Shown here piece by piece: positions 12,418-25,130 of a DNA stretch of 51,461 bases; the first letter of the stretch is position 1; each line of letters opens with the position of its first letter. Location of the stretch: assembly GCA_002633005.1 (NCBI GenBank), contig NMRA01000085.1, positions 297,915 to 349,375 on the forward strand. Direction: 5' to 3'. The position numbers and the translations under genes are program-made. The notes under the pieces are model-generated. The model had not been told where the DNA came from, did not search any database, and saw nothing but the letters and a program-made list of their open reading frames with translations. This DNA comes from Phoronis australis (taxonomy: Eukaryota > Animalia > Phoronida).

Positions 12418-14131
12418 CGTAGACCAATAAATGTTGGAGGGTGTCCCTAGGATTCCTCAGATTATGACTAGTCAAACTGGGCGGCATCGTCGTAAGCATT
12501 AAAGGTTTAACTTAAGACGGTATCTTTTGATTCTTCTGACTGAGTTTCACCTCCATTGGTATTCAATTTAAGGTTTCCAGGCAGGGGTCCTATCCAACAT
12601 TTTTGGCCGCAAAAAGTAAACACTAAAATGACACGGGAATAAATTTTGAGATTTATTATGTTACGGGAAATCGTAAGTATTTACTTTAATGTGTGTACGT
12701 GTGTTGGACACAGACATTACAAAATCAAAAAGCCCCTCGTGATATCCCATATCTGCCATTGGGTACCTCACCGTTTTTGTTTGCAAATTTTTTTAGCGAT
12801 GAAATTTTCTTTTTGGCATTCATCTTTTAGTGACACCCTTTAACTGTTTGTTGCTGCACTTCTGCGACAATGGGAAGTGTGCAGCCAGTCTGGCCCAATA
12901 TCTCTCCAAGACTGCTGCTTACGTTGACTTGATTTGACACCAGTTTTGTTATTCTGGCTATAACATTGGCCTTCTCCGTGATCAGTTCTGAGTGGGAAAA
13001 GCTTTTCATTTTGAGTAGATAGAGCATGTTTGCAAATGTTTTTTTCAGGTATTTATTATCATTTATAAAACAGTACAAAAAACAAACAAGTACACCCATT
13101 CATTCACGCATGCACACCTCAGGAGAGACCATTCTCGTATATCGTATAAAGTAAACAACTTCTACATGGAGTTAACGTGAACAATGAAATTTTTCCATTT
13201 TGCAGAGAAGCTGTCACATACAAAGTTTTTATGAGCATTTAATTTTCCGCATTATAATACTCATAAGAATATCTAATAAATCTGTGAAAATTAGGTATAT
13301 TTTTGTGACATCTCTCCTTGAAATGTACTGTTTGGCTATTAGAAGCAAAATCATGCGTCTCATAAAGTCCATGAATAACTCGTTCGTAAGAGAGACTGTT
13401 GGGAAGCTGGATGTGACACTTTTGCATTAGCTTTTCGAATTCCTTGCAAATGTTTGCACTGATTTTACTGCTGTGTGCCGTTGAATACCCACGTGATTAA
13501 GGTTTCATTGAAGCACTCCAACAGCCGATTTCATAAAGGTCGTTTAACAAAACCAGGTGTAAGTCTTAAACCTGGTCTTCCTAAACCTGGTCTAATTTTA
13601 GACCTAACTTTCATTTTACCAACATGGTTTAAAAGCGTGAAAGCTGGTTTTGTTAGACCATAACGCGGGTTTAGTAAAACCAGTTTTAAAGTGTCCAAGC
13701 CACCCTAGTGTGTTGATCTAGATTAACCCAACAAAGAAGCTATTGAAGTGCTTCAATGAAGCCTTGATCACGTGGGTACACAATGGCGCACAGCAGTAGA
13801 ATCAGTGCAGACATTTGCGAAAAAGGGCTAAAAGCTTTTCTCACGAGGAAAAATGTTCCCTCCCACAACTGATCAGAGAAAAAGCTAATGTCATAGTCGA
13901 GAACAAGAAAATTTGTGCCAAATCAAGTCAACGTAAGCAGCAGGCTTGGCGAGATATTGATCCAGAATAAAGACCGGAAAGAAAATTTCACCAGTGAAAA
14001 AATTGTGCCCAGAAAAACGGCGAAGGACACAGTGGTAGATCTAAGAAATCGTGAGGAGATATTTTTCATTTTGTATTGTCTACAACACACGTGCACACAT
14101 TAAAGAACTTGTTAACGATTAACCGCAGCGT

Positions 14132-16125
14132 AGACCCTATTCACGCCGACAGGAGGCGCGTTCCAAAACGAGGCTCGCTATGATAGATCTAGTGGCTTAT
14201 CCGTGTAGTTGTACTCCGCGTTGCTCGAACACAGCTAGAAAAAATACGGACACTCTGTTTTACCATCCCTAAGGACGTTGGGATTCGGAAGCGTTGGGTC
14301 CTTGCCATACGCCGCGACGAAGGAAAATATGTCCGTGTAAAATTTATAACTGTTTTCGAAAAATAATTTGTCGCATCTCGGACTGGATGCCGCTATAGCA
14401 ACGAGGACCGGAGAATCTTCGGCCAGCCACGCTATGTTTTCATGACTATGGGTTGAAGTGCGATGCATTTTTCTTTACAAAAAGGACAGGGCCCCCAATG
14501 CCTCAATTTTGGGGCCAAGTACCGGCCCTATTCCCCTCTCAAAAGTATTGAAAATTCACGCGAAATTCCCCGGCCACGAAGGCCTAGTAAAAATCCCCTT
14601 TGTGATTGAAAATTTCTCTCCAACGGTTCAAATCACCTGTGACCACAGAGGTGACAATTTGAAAAAGTACAAAATCATAGGCGAATTTAGGGGCGGGGGC
14701 AGGGGGCCCGCCCCCCCCCCCCTTGTTGACTGCCGCAAGCAAAATAAACCAGTGAAGCGGGAGGAAACTTGTACTGAGTTCGACTAGGACCTGTAGCGGA
14801 CCGGCCGGGGGAAAAAACGTTCTGTTTTATTTTTTTAGTCCAACGACAGATTTCCTGAGCAGAAGGTATACATCCTCGGCGCCCGCAACTTCCGGCCGCC
14901 TGCATGCGTGCATACAATCGCGCTTTCCCGAGGATGTCACCCCCCCTCACTAGGCCTATATGGTATCCTAGATCAGCCACTGAAAATGCCACTTGAGACA
15001 GAGTTATGAGAGCTTGCAAAAGGGCGGGGTGCTATTGATGGTGATCGGGAGGTCAGTAGAGTTTTCACTGACCCGTCACTCGGCGAAACGTTACCCTCTC
15101 AGAACTCGGAAGGCCGCACACACATGAGGCACCTTCCCCTCGGATATGAACGAGGCCTCTGAAGAAACAGAATAACTATGCTTGTTCCGGGGGATCCAGG
15201 ACTTTGAGTTGGGGGGGGGGCAAGGCAGAGTATTAGCCAGGATTTTGCCCGTCAGAAATTCGCGCTCCTGAACTGTCAAAGTGGAATCTGGGAGAATTTT
15301 AGGGGGGGGGGCTGGGCCATAACCCCTTGGCTCCCCTCTAAATCCGCCACTGTGTTCTGTCCAGTTAACTGAAATTGAGCTCTAAAACGTGGTTATGCTT
15401 TGGACGAAAGAATTAGGTGTTTTGATTTTAAAATTCAACTTGGTCGAGATTGATATTTGAAAAATATAACACATGAAATAGACGTAATTATTAAAACCAA
15501 GAAAGCAGAATTGATGGTCATGTAATTTTTATTTTTAATTGCGAGCCTAGTTTTTTATCGTATTCAAAATATATATTTAATAGCATCAAGTATTATTTCA
15601 GATCATCAACTGCTAGTCTCGGTAGTGCCTACCTCAGCAGGACCTATAGGCTATGCTTGAAGCTAATAGGCCTACTCTTGATCAACAAATTAAACCAGAT
15701 GAGACTAATTGCACATGACAGCAAAATGTCGAATATATCTTCAACTCGTCAACAATACGACCAGATGACCTAGAAAGCATTTTTATCAAGAACTTATTAG
15801 AAGAAACATAACTCTGCATTCAGCATGATACCTAATCCGTAACACTACGATCGCCGCAATTTGGTCATGTTTACTTTTCATGTTTCGAACCTAGTTTTCC
15901 GGAAAAAAAATATCCTTTCGTCAGACAACTCTTTGGTGCATTGACTTGTTCTTTAGTTGTATTTTCTACGTCTCTGTGGTTAATTATTGACACATTTTTT
16001 TAAGATTTAATATTCAGGGTGGACTCCAAAGACCGGCCATTTAACATACGCAACGTAAATTTCCGCTTTGTTTATCGCAGTGAGCCTCGCTTTGGATTTT
16101 AATGTCCGCCGCGTGAATAGAGTCT
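14132..16125 (+). mobile_element. ISL2EU-like (PIF/Harbinger-related) non-autonomous DNA transposon with THAP remnant
   Basis: TIRs AGACCCTATTCACGC / GCGTGAATAGAGTCT, imperfect for about 55 bp. Flanks are GT and AT; the empty site in the partner arm has a single AT (12658-12659). THAP remnant at 14192-14340: CSCTPRCSNTARKNTDTL/FTIPKDVGIRKRWVLAIRRDEGKY, with one frameshift. Confidence 0.75.
15188..15352 (+). mobile_element. MITE with 5-bp TSD (TGTTC)
   Basis: CGGGGGATCCAGG...AAATCCGCCACTG; TGTTC on both sides; core GGCAGAGTATTAGCCAGG. Confidence 0.8.
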
Positions 16126-16193
16126 ATAGTAAAAGTAAATGCACTCATTAATTTCCGTGCCATTTTACTTTTTTGAGGCCAAAGAGGGGGGCA

Positions 16194-16334
16194 CAGGGGC
16201 GGATCCAGGATTTTGAGCTCTTGGGGGCCAGGGCAGAGTATTAACCAGGATTTTACCCGTCAGACATTCGTACCCAGAACTGCCAATGCAATCTAGGATA
16301 ATTTTAGGGGGGCACCCCACTAAGTCCGCCACTG
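16194..16334 (+). mobile_element. MITE with 5-bp TSD (GGGCA)
   Basis: CAGGGGCGGATCCAGG...AGTCCGCCACTG; GGGCA on both sides; absent from the partner arm near 12595. Confidence 0.85.
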
Positions 16335-17323
16335 GGGCAGGACCTCTGCCCGGCAACCTTAAATCGGGAACCAACTGAGATGGAACCCGGTCATAATAAT
16401 CACTAGATGCCTTTTTAGTCATACGGTAGAGCTTGCGACGATGACGCTGTGCTCGAACCGTCATATTCTGAGGAATCCAAAGGATACCCTTCAGTATACG
16501 TACTGGTCTACATGCACGTATACTTGGGCGGATCCAGGGGTTCAAGGAGTCTTGACCCCCTTTTTCCTCTTCTAGTGATATCAAATCTATATTTTTCAAA
16601 TTGTTAACACAGAGCCTCCTTTTAAAAATCCTTGATCCGACCCCCCCCTCTTTAAAAATTCTTGGTCTCCCCTGTTACGTTTGATCTTGTGTCGTCCTGA
16701 AACTGAATATTGAAAATAGTACGTTCCCCCTCTAAACTGCGTCATAAATGCAAACCACAGTATCTTCCATTTGCACCTATATCGTACAAGTCTGCCATAT
16801 TTAATAGTATTAAACCTAGGTCTGAACAAGTTTAAAGTTAAGCCTGGTTTAAGATCTTAATACAGGTCTAAGTAATATAAACCTCGTTGGTGAAATGAAA
16901 ACTGACTTAGACCAGGTTTAACCTGGAGTTAAACCAGGTTTTACAAGACCGCTGCTCTAGAAATTAAACCACCTTTATGAAATGCAAATTATCTTTAAAC
17001 CATGTCTAACTCCAGTTTGAACCAGGTTTAACTTTGAACCACCTTTATGAAATCGGCTGCAAGAGTTTCTTTGACACAGTAGGGTTGCTTGAATATTTTA
17101 AATCTGGTTTTACTAAACCCGCTCTCTGGTGTAACAAAACCAGGCTTGCAGACTTTTAAACCACGTTGGTGAAATGCAAGTTAGGTCTAAAATTAGACCA
17201 GGATTAAGTCTTAAACCAGGTTTTTTTAAACCACCTTTATGAAATCGGCTGCTGTGGAATATAGTTATCTTTACAAACAATGCCGTGCTTGACGATAGTT
17301 CAGAAATATTGCAATGTCGCACG

Positions 17324-18680
17324 TCTAAACGAGATGTTTAATCTCAGCCTCCTCGTTTCCAAAAGGTAGGCCTACTCTGCATCCCCAGCAGTCAAGACGT
17401 TTCTCACAATATCGTTAAGGCATAGGAACCCCTTAAAAATCCTTTTGAAATAGCTATCGCTTTCCATTACGGGAAGCCCGGTGAAAACAATGAACCATAA
17501 ATGAGATGATTTTAAAATCTTTGAGGACCATGACGTATTAGCACATGTATCCTGTATACAGCAATGTGTCCTCGTTAAATACATTAAAAATATTAATAAT
17601 GATAAAAATATAACGATACCAATAATGAGTAATAGTAGTGGAAGTAGTAATAGTAGTAATAGTAGTAATAGTAGTAATGGTAGTAATAACAGCATTAGTA
17701 GTAATAGAAATGTAATAGAAATAAAAATGGTAATGGGTAGCTAGATTCAGGCCTTGTCAGCCCCGAGGGCATTCCGATAGAGGAGGTATACAACAAGTCC
17801 GGCGAAAAGGGTGTTTTTTCACAACAAAAATACTCTCCAAGATGGTGACATTTTCCAAAAAATACTATGTAAAAGGCCGCCTTTTCTGAATTTCTGGAAC
17901 AGAACTGTATGAAAATGTGGATTTTTACACAAAACTAGTTTACAGTGCTTCACTTTTTTATCCGAGCCTACTCTCTAAGCCGGTAGATAACAAAATTTTA
18001 CTCTAGTACCCCCCGGCAATGTGAGATACCACTTGTGCTTGATTTTGGGTCATTTTCTTTGGTTTCGTAAAATGTAACATTGCTACATTTCTCGTATGGG
18101 CATTCGACGTAAGGTGTAACAACTACGTAAAATGTGATAACTTGTTACATTTTAGGAGAGGCTTAGCAACGTGAAATGTGATAGTTGTAACATTTTACAA
18201 AATTGTTACATTCTACGGCGTATCAATTCTCTCCAGGCTAACACGGCATGAATCTGGCTACCCTTTATCCTTTTTATTACTATTGCATTTCTATTACTAC
18301 TAATGCTGTTATTACTACCATTACTACTATTACTACTAATACTACTTTCACTACTATTACTCGTTATCGTTATCGTTATCGTTATCGTTATTATTATAAT
18401 TATTATATTTGAATTTACTTAACGAGGACACAGTGCAATATATACAATACATGTTTTAGCAAAGTGTCTTAGTACGTCATGGTCCTCAAAGATTTTATGG
18501 TTCAATGCTTTCACCGGGCTTCCCATAATGGACAGCGAGTGCTATTTCAAGTGGATTTCAAAGGGGTTCCTATGTCCAGTCTTAACGATATTGTGAGAAG
18601 GGTCTTGACAGCTGTGGACGCAGAGTAGGCCTAGTTTTAGGAAACGAGGAGGCTGAGTTTTAAAATCTTGTTTAGACTTT
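17324..18680. repeat. Fold-back element: inverted arms of about 440 bp around a spacer of about 470 bp
   Basis: 17324-17762 is the reverse complement of 18236-18680, including the (TAG/TAA)n tract. The spacer holds a CCCCG..CCCCCGG segment and AAATGTAACA/TGTTACATTT subrepeats. Confidence 0.9.
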
Positions 18681-19345
18681 CGCTATTTTAAAAATTGAAG
18701 CCCACCCAATGAAACGCCTATGGGCGTTTATTCGGATAATTAAGCCGAATGAATGCCCACACACACACGCGCGCGCGCGCACACGCACGCACGCACGCAC
18801 ATATATGGGCGCAAGCGCCTATCACGCGGACTATCACGCGTTGAAATCGATTCGTTCCATTTAGATCACTGCGTTCCCCTCGTAAATGAAACATTCCCCT
18901 GATAATCACAGCATTAGCTCTGCATGTCTTGTTGTGTTGGGATTCATTTCAGCCCATTTCCTGCATTTTTATTTACAATAGTGAATATTAAATTGAAAAT
19001 ACATCAATGCCTACCGGAAAAAACGTATCGCATAAATGCTACTTCATTTTACTCATGCGTCTAATGCTGGACACAGACACAGTTCTGCATATTGGCAAAT
19101 ACAAAGTTTCCGCATTAAAAATTCAAAACTTATGTGTGATATTCATGAGTCCTCCTATAATGTAAGCGTTAAACATTTAGGTTGAAGGAAACGGAATTTC
19201 TAAAAGAAAAAAAGCTTCATGTAGCACATGAAGTGGGCTTCCGAGATTGAAAAGCAAACTTTTAGATCCGTGTCCAAAGGATAACGCATCGGTGAGACAT
19301 GTTTACAAATGCAAATACAAACTTTAATAGGGTTGGGATGATTAT

Positions 19346-20663
19346 TGTCACGTTTTCCCAGTGGATGAGTGGGCGCAGGCTGTCACCGACTGGTGCCCAT
19401 AGCTTTCAGTGCAAAGATAGACTGATGGTTGGTTCGAATTAATCACTTTATTAACCTCGACCGCAGGTTCACATGTCTCCTAATACACTAAACGTCTGAC
19501 ACAGTTTTTGTTCTATGTTCCAGCCAATGATACGAAGCCTTGACTTGTGATGAACTTCTGAGACACTTCCAGTAGCTGATACGCTGTTTGATTCAATACT
19601 GAACCTGCTGTATCTATAGCCGACTCTCTGTTGTATTAGCTTGATTCCCTTCACTTCAATATAACTTTAACTATAACTGATTTTCAACTACAACTGAATT
19701 CAACTGACTGTCACTAACCCGTGCCTGGGTATTTATTTTCTCTTACAATGTTCTGGAACTTTTCACAAATTCAAGTACGCTCCAGAATTTTCCTGAACCA
19801 ATCCAATTATTCTACAAACATTAATTTGTAAAAATATTAACAATAAAAAGACGAGTGTTGGCAGGGGCGGATCCAGGATATTTAGTTGGGGGGGGGGCAG
19901 GCAGAGTATTAGCCAGGGTTTTGTCTGTCAGACTTTCGCAACCCCGAACTGCCAAATGGAATTTGGGAGAATTTTAGTGGGGGCATTGCCTGCTTGGCCC
20001 CCCTCTAAATCCGACACTGGTTGGTACTAAAATATATTAAAATATTCCCCACGTTTCTAGCGATGCGCTCTTTGTCAAGTGTATGATACAGAATGCCGAA
20101 TAGATGGATAAAAATAGAATCACACAGGTGACAGCATGCTGGTATATGATAGGCAGCATGACCAATATCAGTCATTACAAGTATCAGTGGGTACGCATGA
20201 CAGCATGATTAGAGAAAGGTCTAAACAGAAACGGGTACATAGCTACTGGAATCTATTCACTGCAGACTTGTACTGAGATAGAATCCATATGTCTCTGTTT
20301 GGGGCTCTGGCGTGAGTGTTGAATTTGGCGATGAACTCGGCCTCGCACCTTCTCCGTGAGTAGTGGATGTCCGGCAGCCCACCTTGGACTGCCAGTGCAC
20401 TGAGGTCACTGGTAGTATGGCTTGCGAGATTGAAATGATGTTGTGCAGGATAGTATGTCTATTTTTACTATTTTCTAATCTTATCCGACGGTAACTGCAC
20501 GGCATTCAAGAACCTATGTGATTAACATATATAAGGTTCTAGAATTTTCTAGAGTCTGAGACAGTTATTTAACACAAATATACTAGAATCTTCTACAATG
20601 CTCCCTTCTATTCTATTGTAAACAAATTACATCATCATTGACCCGACCCAATGGGTCATGGCA
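19346..20663 (-). mobile_element. Possible solo LTR (with nested MITE)
   Basis: Termini TGTCACG...CATGGCA (imperfect inverted TG..CA) and repeated TTCTAGAA/TTCTGGAA motifs. No convincing TSD. Confidence 0.3.
19862..20019 (+). mobile_element. MITE with 5-bp TSD (GTTGG)
   Basis: CAGGGGCGGATCCAGG...AAATCCGACACTG; GTTGG on both sides; same core as the copies at 15188 and 16194. Confidence 0.85.
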
Positions 20664-21737
20664 ATCAAGTGATATCTGCTAGTAAACAAGCAGAACAGCA
20701 AAATAAAACCTATTAAACTAAGACCAGTGACAGTCTACGCCTGAAAATTGTAATAAAACAAAAAACATAATCATTTCAAATTACTCATATCTCATTGGAA
20801 TAGCTGACTTTCGAAATAGCCGCGCCATATTGAAATTTACTAACCAACCAACTAAAGGACGATCAGGTTTCTGGTGGACAGACGTTCAGCGCCACCTACA
20901 TTTCCATTGTATTTGCGGACAGGTTACTTTAACTTACTGGTATAACTGGCGTTTCAACACCTTTCCTGCTATTATAATACCGCAGTGGCGGATCTACGTT
21001 TTCAGCAAGGGGGGTTTAGGATTCCAGTCAAAGTCGAATCCTAGGCGCGTGGCGCCGAGCGGGGGGAGGTCGGGAGGGGGTTTCCCTCCCGTGTAAGATA
21101 TTTTTTTGTTTTTGTATCCAAATAGTGAAATTTCCATGCATCCTGGTAAGTTTCTGGCACTTAACATGTCCCTGGAGTTTTTCTTATGATAGTTAAAAAC
21201 CCTTCTCGCTTTCGTCACATGAACTTGGCACGTAAGTTTCATGAAACCATATTGTGCACATCTGGGTATGAGTCACGCCACCAGCAAAAATTTTTGTTGG
21301 AACATCTGCTTACACACACCTTTTTAGCATACGAAAAGTCGTATACGAAAAAGTGTGGTGTGTATACAGGGGTTAAGACAATTTCCAAATATTCAAGAGC
21401 ATAATTAAGGAGCACCGACGGGGCGTAAAAACTTGAATATCAGATGATCGCGTAACAGCAGCCTCAAGTTGTTTAAGAACGAAGACCTGTGCTGTTAGTC
21501 CGGAAATAAACATGTGTTCTGTCTCGTTACGAGAAAAACTGGCGAACGATGGTGCTCTCAACTCATAGTCTATTATCAAAAGCGACAATAAATAATTAGG
21601 TATCACTTTATTAAGCTGAATCACGTTGACAACAATTGAAAAACGTCAAATCTATCACGAAACAAATCATCTGAAAACAGTTTCTCGAAACCGAAACATC
21701 CTGTGCATAGTGGTGAAAAGATACACTGGAATAGTTT

Positions 21738-21987
21738 GCAGAGGGACCAGATGTACACTGAGAGTACACAAAAAGCTGACCTGGTCCGTCAGGAGACCAA
21801 GAGTACACCTGTGCTTATTATCCCTATACAAATAGTCGATCTGTCGCGGGACCAAACAGTACTGGCTGAGATAGATAGTTTTACAAAGCACACTTTGGTA
21901 AAAAAATCACAAGACTAGTTCGCCGAGGGACCAGAAGTACACTGAAATTCAACTGGCCTGGTCCGTCGCGAGACCTAAAGTGTACTA
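21738..21987 (+). repeat. Degenerate direct repeats (GAGGGACCAGA.GTACACTGA...CCTGGTCCGTC..GAGACC)
   Basis: 21738-21810 matches 21923-21987; partial unit near 21840. Confidence 0.7.
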
Positions 21988-22029
21988 TGCAAAAAATTTT
22001 GAATTGAAAACTTCCCCAGTGGTTACTCA

Positions 22030-22420
22030 TACGTTAGTCCTATCCTTCTGTTGTCTAGACTTCCGAAGAATTTGTATATCGGATCCAATGATTTGCTCGC
22101 ACATATCTTCGATGTTTGTTCCCAACGCTTGCGCTTCGTCAACGGCTGTCTCAATGAGCTTGTAAGCCTCTACAATGTCAGCATCTCGTTTCGCAGCTCA
22201 GTTGACACTAAGACCATTGAGGTTGCCAAGTTCATTCGAAAGACTTACATGCGCAACTAAATTTGATCCGTTCATCATGGACTACTATTTGCATCTCTGG
22301 CAATTTTCGAAATAAACGTCCCAATGTCTGAACACTTGAAACCCGAAGTACTAATATCAAATAAATGCCCATGGGCATGAGCGTTTCATCGGGTGAGCCT
22401 TTCTGCGGAAATTCCCAGTA
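22030..22420 (-). pseudogene. Decayed hAT transposase fragment (ZMYM1/THAP12-like)
   Basis: The minus strand reads LNGLSVN*AAKRDADIVEAYKLIETAVDEAQALGTNIED...RKSRQQKDRTNV, resembling the LS..LQ..D.D...A...I...RQ..R.N region of such transposases. An upstream TR* may be a mutated TRW. Confidence 0.55.
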
Positions 22421-23124
22421 TAGAAGACGGCAGTGTGCTTATTGCAGGTAGACAGACGGTAGGCGTTGAGGTCGGAACTAGGGATCCTTGGGAGGCCTAT
22501 TTAACATCGCACGAGTCCCGCAAGACTTTGTTGTGAAAGAACAGCCTCCCCGCAATTTCTGGTACTGTACACTTTTCGCGAATGCGGTCACTTTCTCAAT
22601 GTGAGTGCCCCCTTGGTCATTCCTTGTATAGACACAACTTGTTATAGAGTATGTCTTCAAACGGACTCGCAACCAGACCACGGCGCCCGCTACAATAGCA
22701 ATTCTTCGGAAACAGATTTTTTTCAAAAATATTACATGTACATGCACACAATATTACATGTACATGTACACTGTATGATATTGCGCAAGACAACTTTACT
22801 ATACATCAGTTACAAACGTGTGGAGTGTAATAGAATGACACGGCATAACAGATGAGGTAAAAACGTTGCACGTCAATTCTCCTGAATATCAGGGTTGCGG
22901 TACCGCAGTATTTCCCCTAATCAAATCAAAACATATCTTAGAGTAAAGAAGCTAGTTACCTAAAGAAATCAGCTATAGAACTGCTCTTTCAGCGGTGAAT
23001 CCATCTAAAATGCTTAGCTACTTCAGAAGTGTCGACAGAAGCGCGCGCACAATAAATCCCCGCGCGTTTTGCCGATGAGCCACAAAGACTCAACAATTCA
23101 CAATGCAAAAAACTATATTTTCAG

Positions 23125-23289
23125 AGTGAACCCCCCGCTCAATTTTTTTCCAAGTTGGTTTATTTGGGGTTTACACACGCTGGCGGTGCCGTTTTTGCTT
23201 TGCTGGAGACGCTTTTGTTTTTTTTTAATTTTTGGGTCCTGGCCCGAGGGGCGTTTAAACCCCCTGAACCCCCCGTAGATCCGCCACTG
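23125..23289 (-). mobile_element. MITE (CAGTGGCGGATC terminus)
   Basis: Ends CCCCCGTAGATCCGCCACTG; the left terminus is degenerate. Confidence 0.55.
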
Positions 23290-24654
23290 ATACCTGCAAA
23301 TTTCCACTACTGCCTGCACGGTGAGATGTACCAATGACCTACGTAAAAGGCAAACCTTTGAAATATCAATTGATGAGCAAGAACGTATGTTCCATGCATT
23401 TCCCATTGCGAAGACAAAGGCATGGTTGCCGCTGACAAAGCGGGGGATTTCGATCCCAGTCGGTGTCAAAAAGCTAAAATTGATTAGTGACGTTAAACTG
23501 ATCGAGCAATGAGCGTGGCTGACAGTGCTGCTCTACTTTTATATTTACAAACCACTATGTTTTAATTGAATTTCAACCCACCAAAGACAGGATCAACGGG
23601 AAGTCACTTTCTTGCTCTCATTAAGCTAATGAGCGTCAATATGAAAAGTCATCTAATTACCGCACGTTCTCACAACTTCCCAGAGTGTGCTAATACATCC
23701 ATGGAAACTAGGAGCAACAATTTTTATCTAGTACTGCACAGATATTATGATTTTTGAAAATATCTATGTAACATAGCTAGCCTTGGTACAAAGCCACGTG
23801 TTGGTGCCTGACTTCCTACAACATGCCACGCAACTTGAACGACATCTCAGATTAGGTGAAGTGTCGGACGCACCGTTTATTTGTAAAAAAGTACTTTGAA
23901 ATATAATTGAACATTTAAGGTACTCTGAGAGCTAAGGTGTTTACAGGAAATTGCGACCTAATACCGTGTAGACAATTAAGAGTTTTACCTGAAGGAAGAC
24001 GAGGCGGTTTAATATCCTGTTTGTAGCTGCTTCTGTGCCCTTGCATCTATTGACTTGCACAGGGTTACCCAACATCTCACAACAAACATTTGGAAAAATG
24101 TTTTCATTTCAAATGGTTTGAACAGCATCTGCTGCTTTCCGTAACACCGGTGCATACATGTACGAAGCTTTTTGATACCCGTTGATACAAAATCTTCTTA
24201 CTTTGAAACTCAAAATTTGAAAGAAAAAAATAAGGCGAGAATTGTTGCCAAAGGGTCGCCAATTTCCTCACTCATTGATAATTTTTGGCTTAAGAATATC
24301 TTAACTAGGTAATGAAATTTTCGAGAATTAATGGAAACGTATACCAAGACCTTTCATACATGTAAGACTTGGAAATAGGCCTAGGTTTAAGAACACCATT
24401 ACTTTTGCGATATCTTGTCAGTACATGCACAAAACTAATCAGGCGTTGATAAAAAGTAATCGGCTGTGCTGAGAAATAACAAAGTATATAAAAAGCTCTC
24501 ACAGCAAAAAATCAAAGGAGTTACCGAGAGCCGTTCGACAGAGATCCGTCATCTTGTTTACTCTGGGAATGTCCACCAGGTGTCGTTACATTAAATGTAA
24601 GGGCTGCTCTCAGCAGACTACATTGGCGAGCCTAATCACTCCTTGGCAACCTAT

Positions 24655-25130
24655 ACCTTTATTTACATTAAGACATAATACAATGATTAATAAATTACAA
24701 ATTAAATTAGGAGGCCTTTTAAAGGTTTTCGACTTCTAACAAGAAGGCGCCCCTTACATAAATAAACAAATGAAAATTTGAAAAAAATCAATATCAATAA
24801 GTATAATAGCCAAAATGGAAAAAAATTGTGAGATATACTTAAAAAAACGAGGTGAAGTAGTGCTGAACGGCCGACGCGTTAGAAATCTGGAATTGGAGTG
24901 ACACACCTCTGGGGCTTTGGGAAAAACAAATTTCTAGATATAGTTGGAAATACGGCAGATTGGATCGTAGTTGAAATTGGTTAAAAATTGGAGAATGGTT
25001 GCAAAGAGTGCAGCGAGACAACAGGGGGCACTCCAAGTGAAGCCTGATCAAATTCGGGGATCTGGCATCCGAGATGATTCTAGATTAGGGGTCGAAATTA
25101 TCGACGAGGATGCTAGCTGATGACAGCACT
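24655..25130 (-). mobile_element. 3' end of a CR1-type LINE
   Basis: ORF2 C-terminus-like peptide HLECPL...NASAVQHYFTSFF* (24839-25051), followed by an AT-rich 3' UTR ending TGTAAATAAA. Confidence 0.55.

Larger units (their letters stand above)
11883..17251. repeat. Compound inverted repeat A-B-C / B'-A'-C' built from a repeat starting AGCCGATTTCATAAAGG
   Basis: 11883-12660 is inverted at 16126-17058. 12660-13040 plus 13440-13524 is inverted at 13738-14131. 13522-13715 is inverted at 17072-17251. Rich in AAACCAGGTTT/AAACCTGGTTT palindromic subrepeats. The termini resemble non-autonomous PIF/Harbinger elements (inference). Confidence 0.85.

Noticed and set aside
16165-16829. 144-aa and 77-aa ORFs
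   Set aside because: They run across MITEs and the inverted-repeat arm and have no protein motifs.
17372-17695. 107-aa ORF with a poly-Leu signal/TM-like N-terminus
   Set aside because: It is a translation of the (TAG/TAA)n tract in a fold-back arm, and the partner arm does not preserve the frame.
21193-21376. piggyBac-like MITE (CCC...GGG-TTAA)
   Set aside because: The left TTAA is not adjacent to the CCC and the inverted match is too short to support a call.
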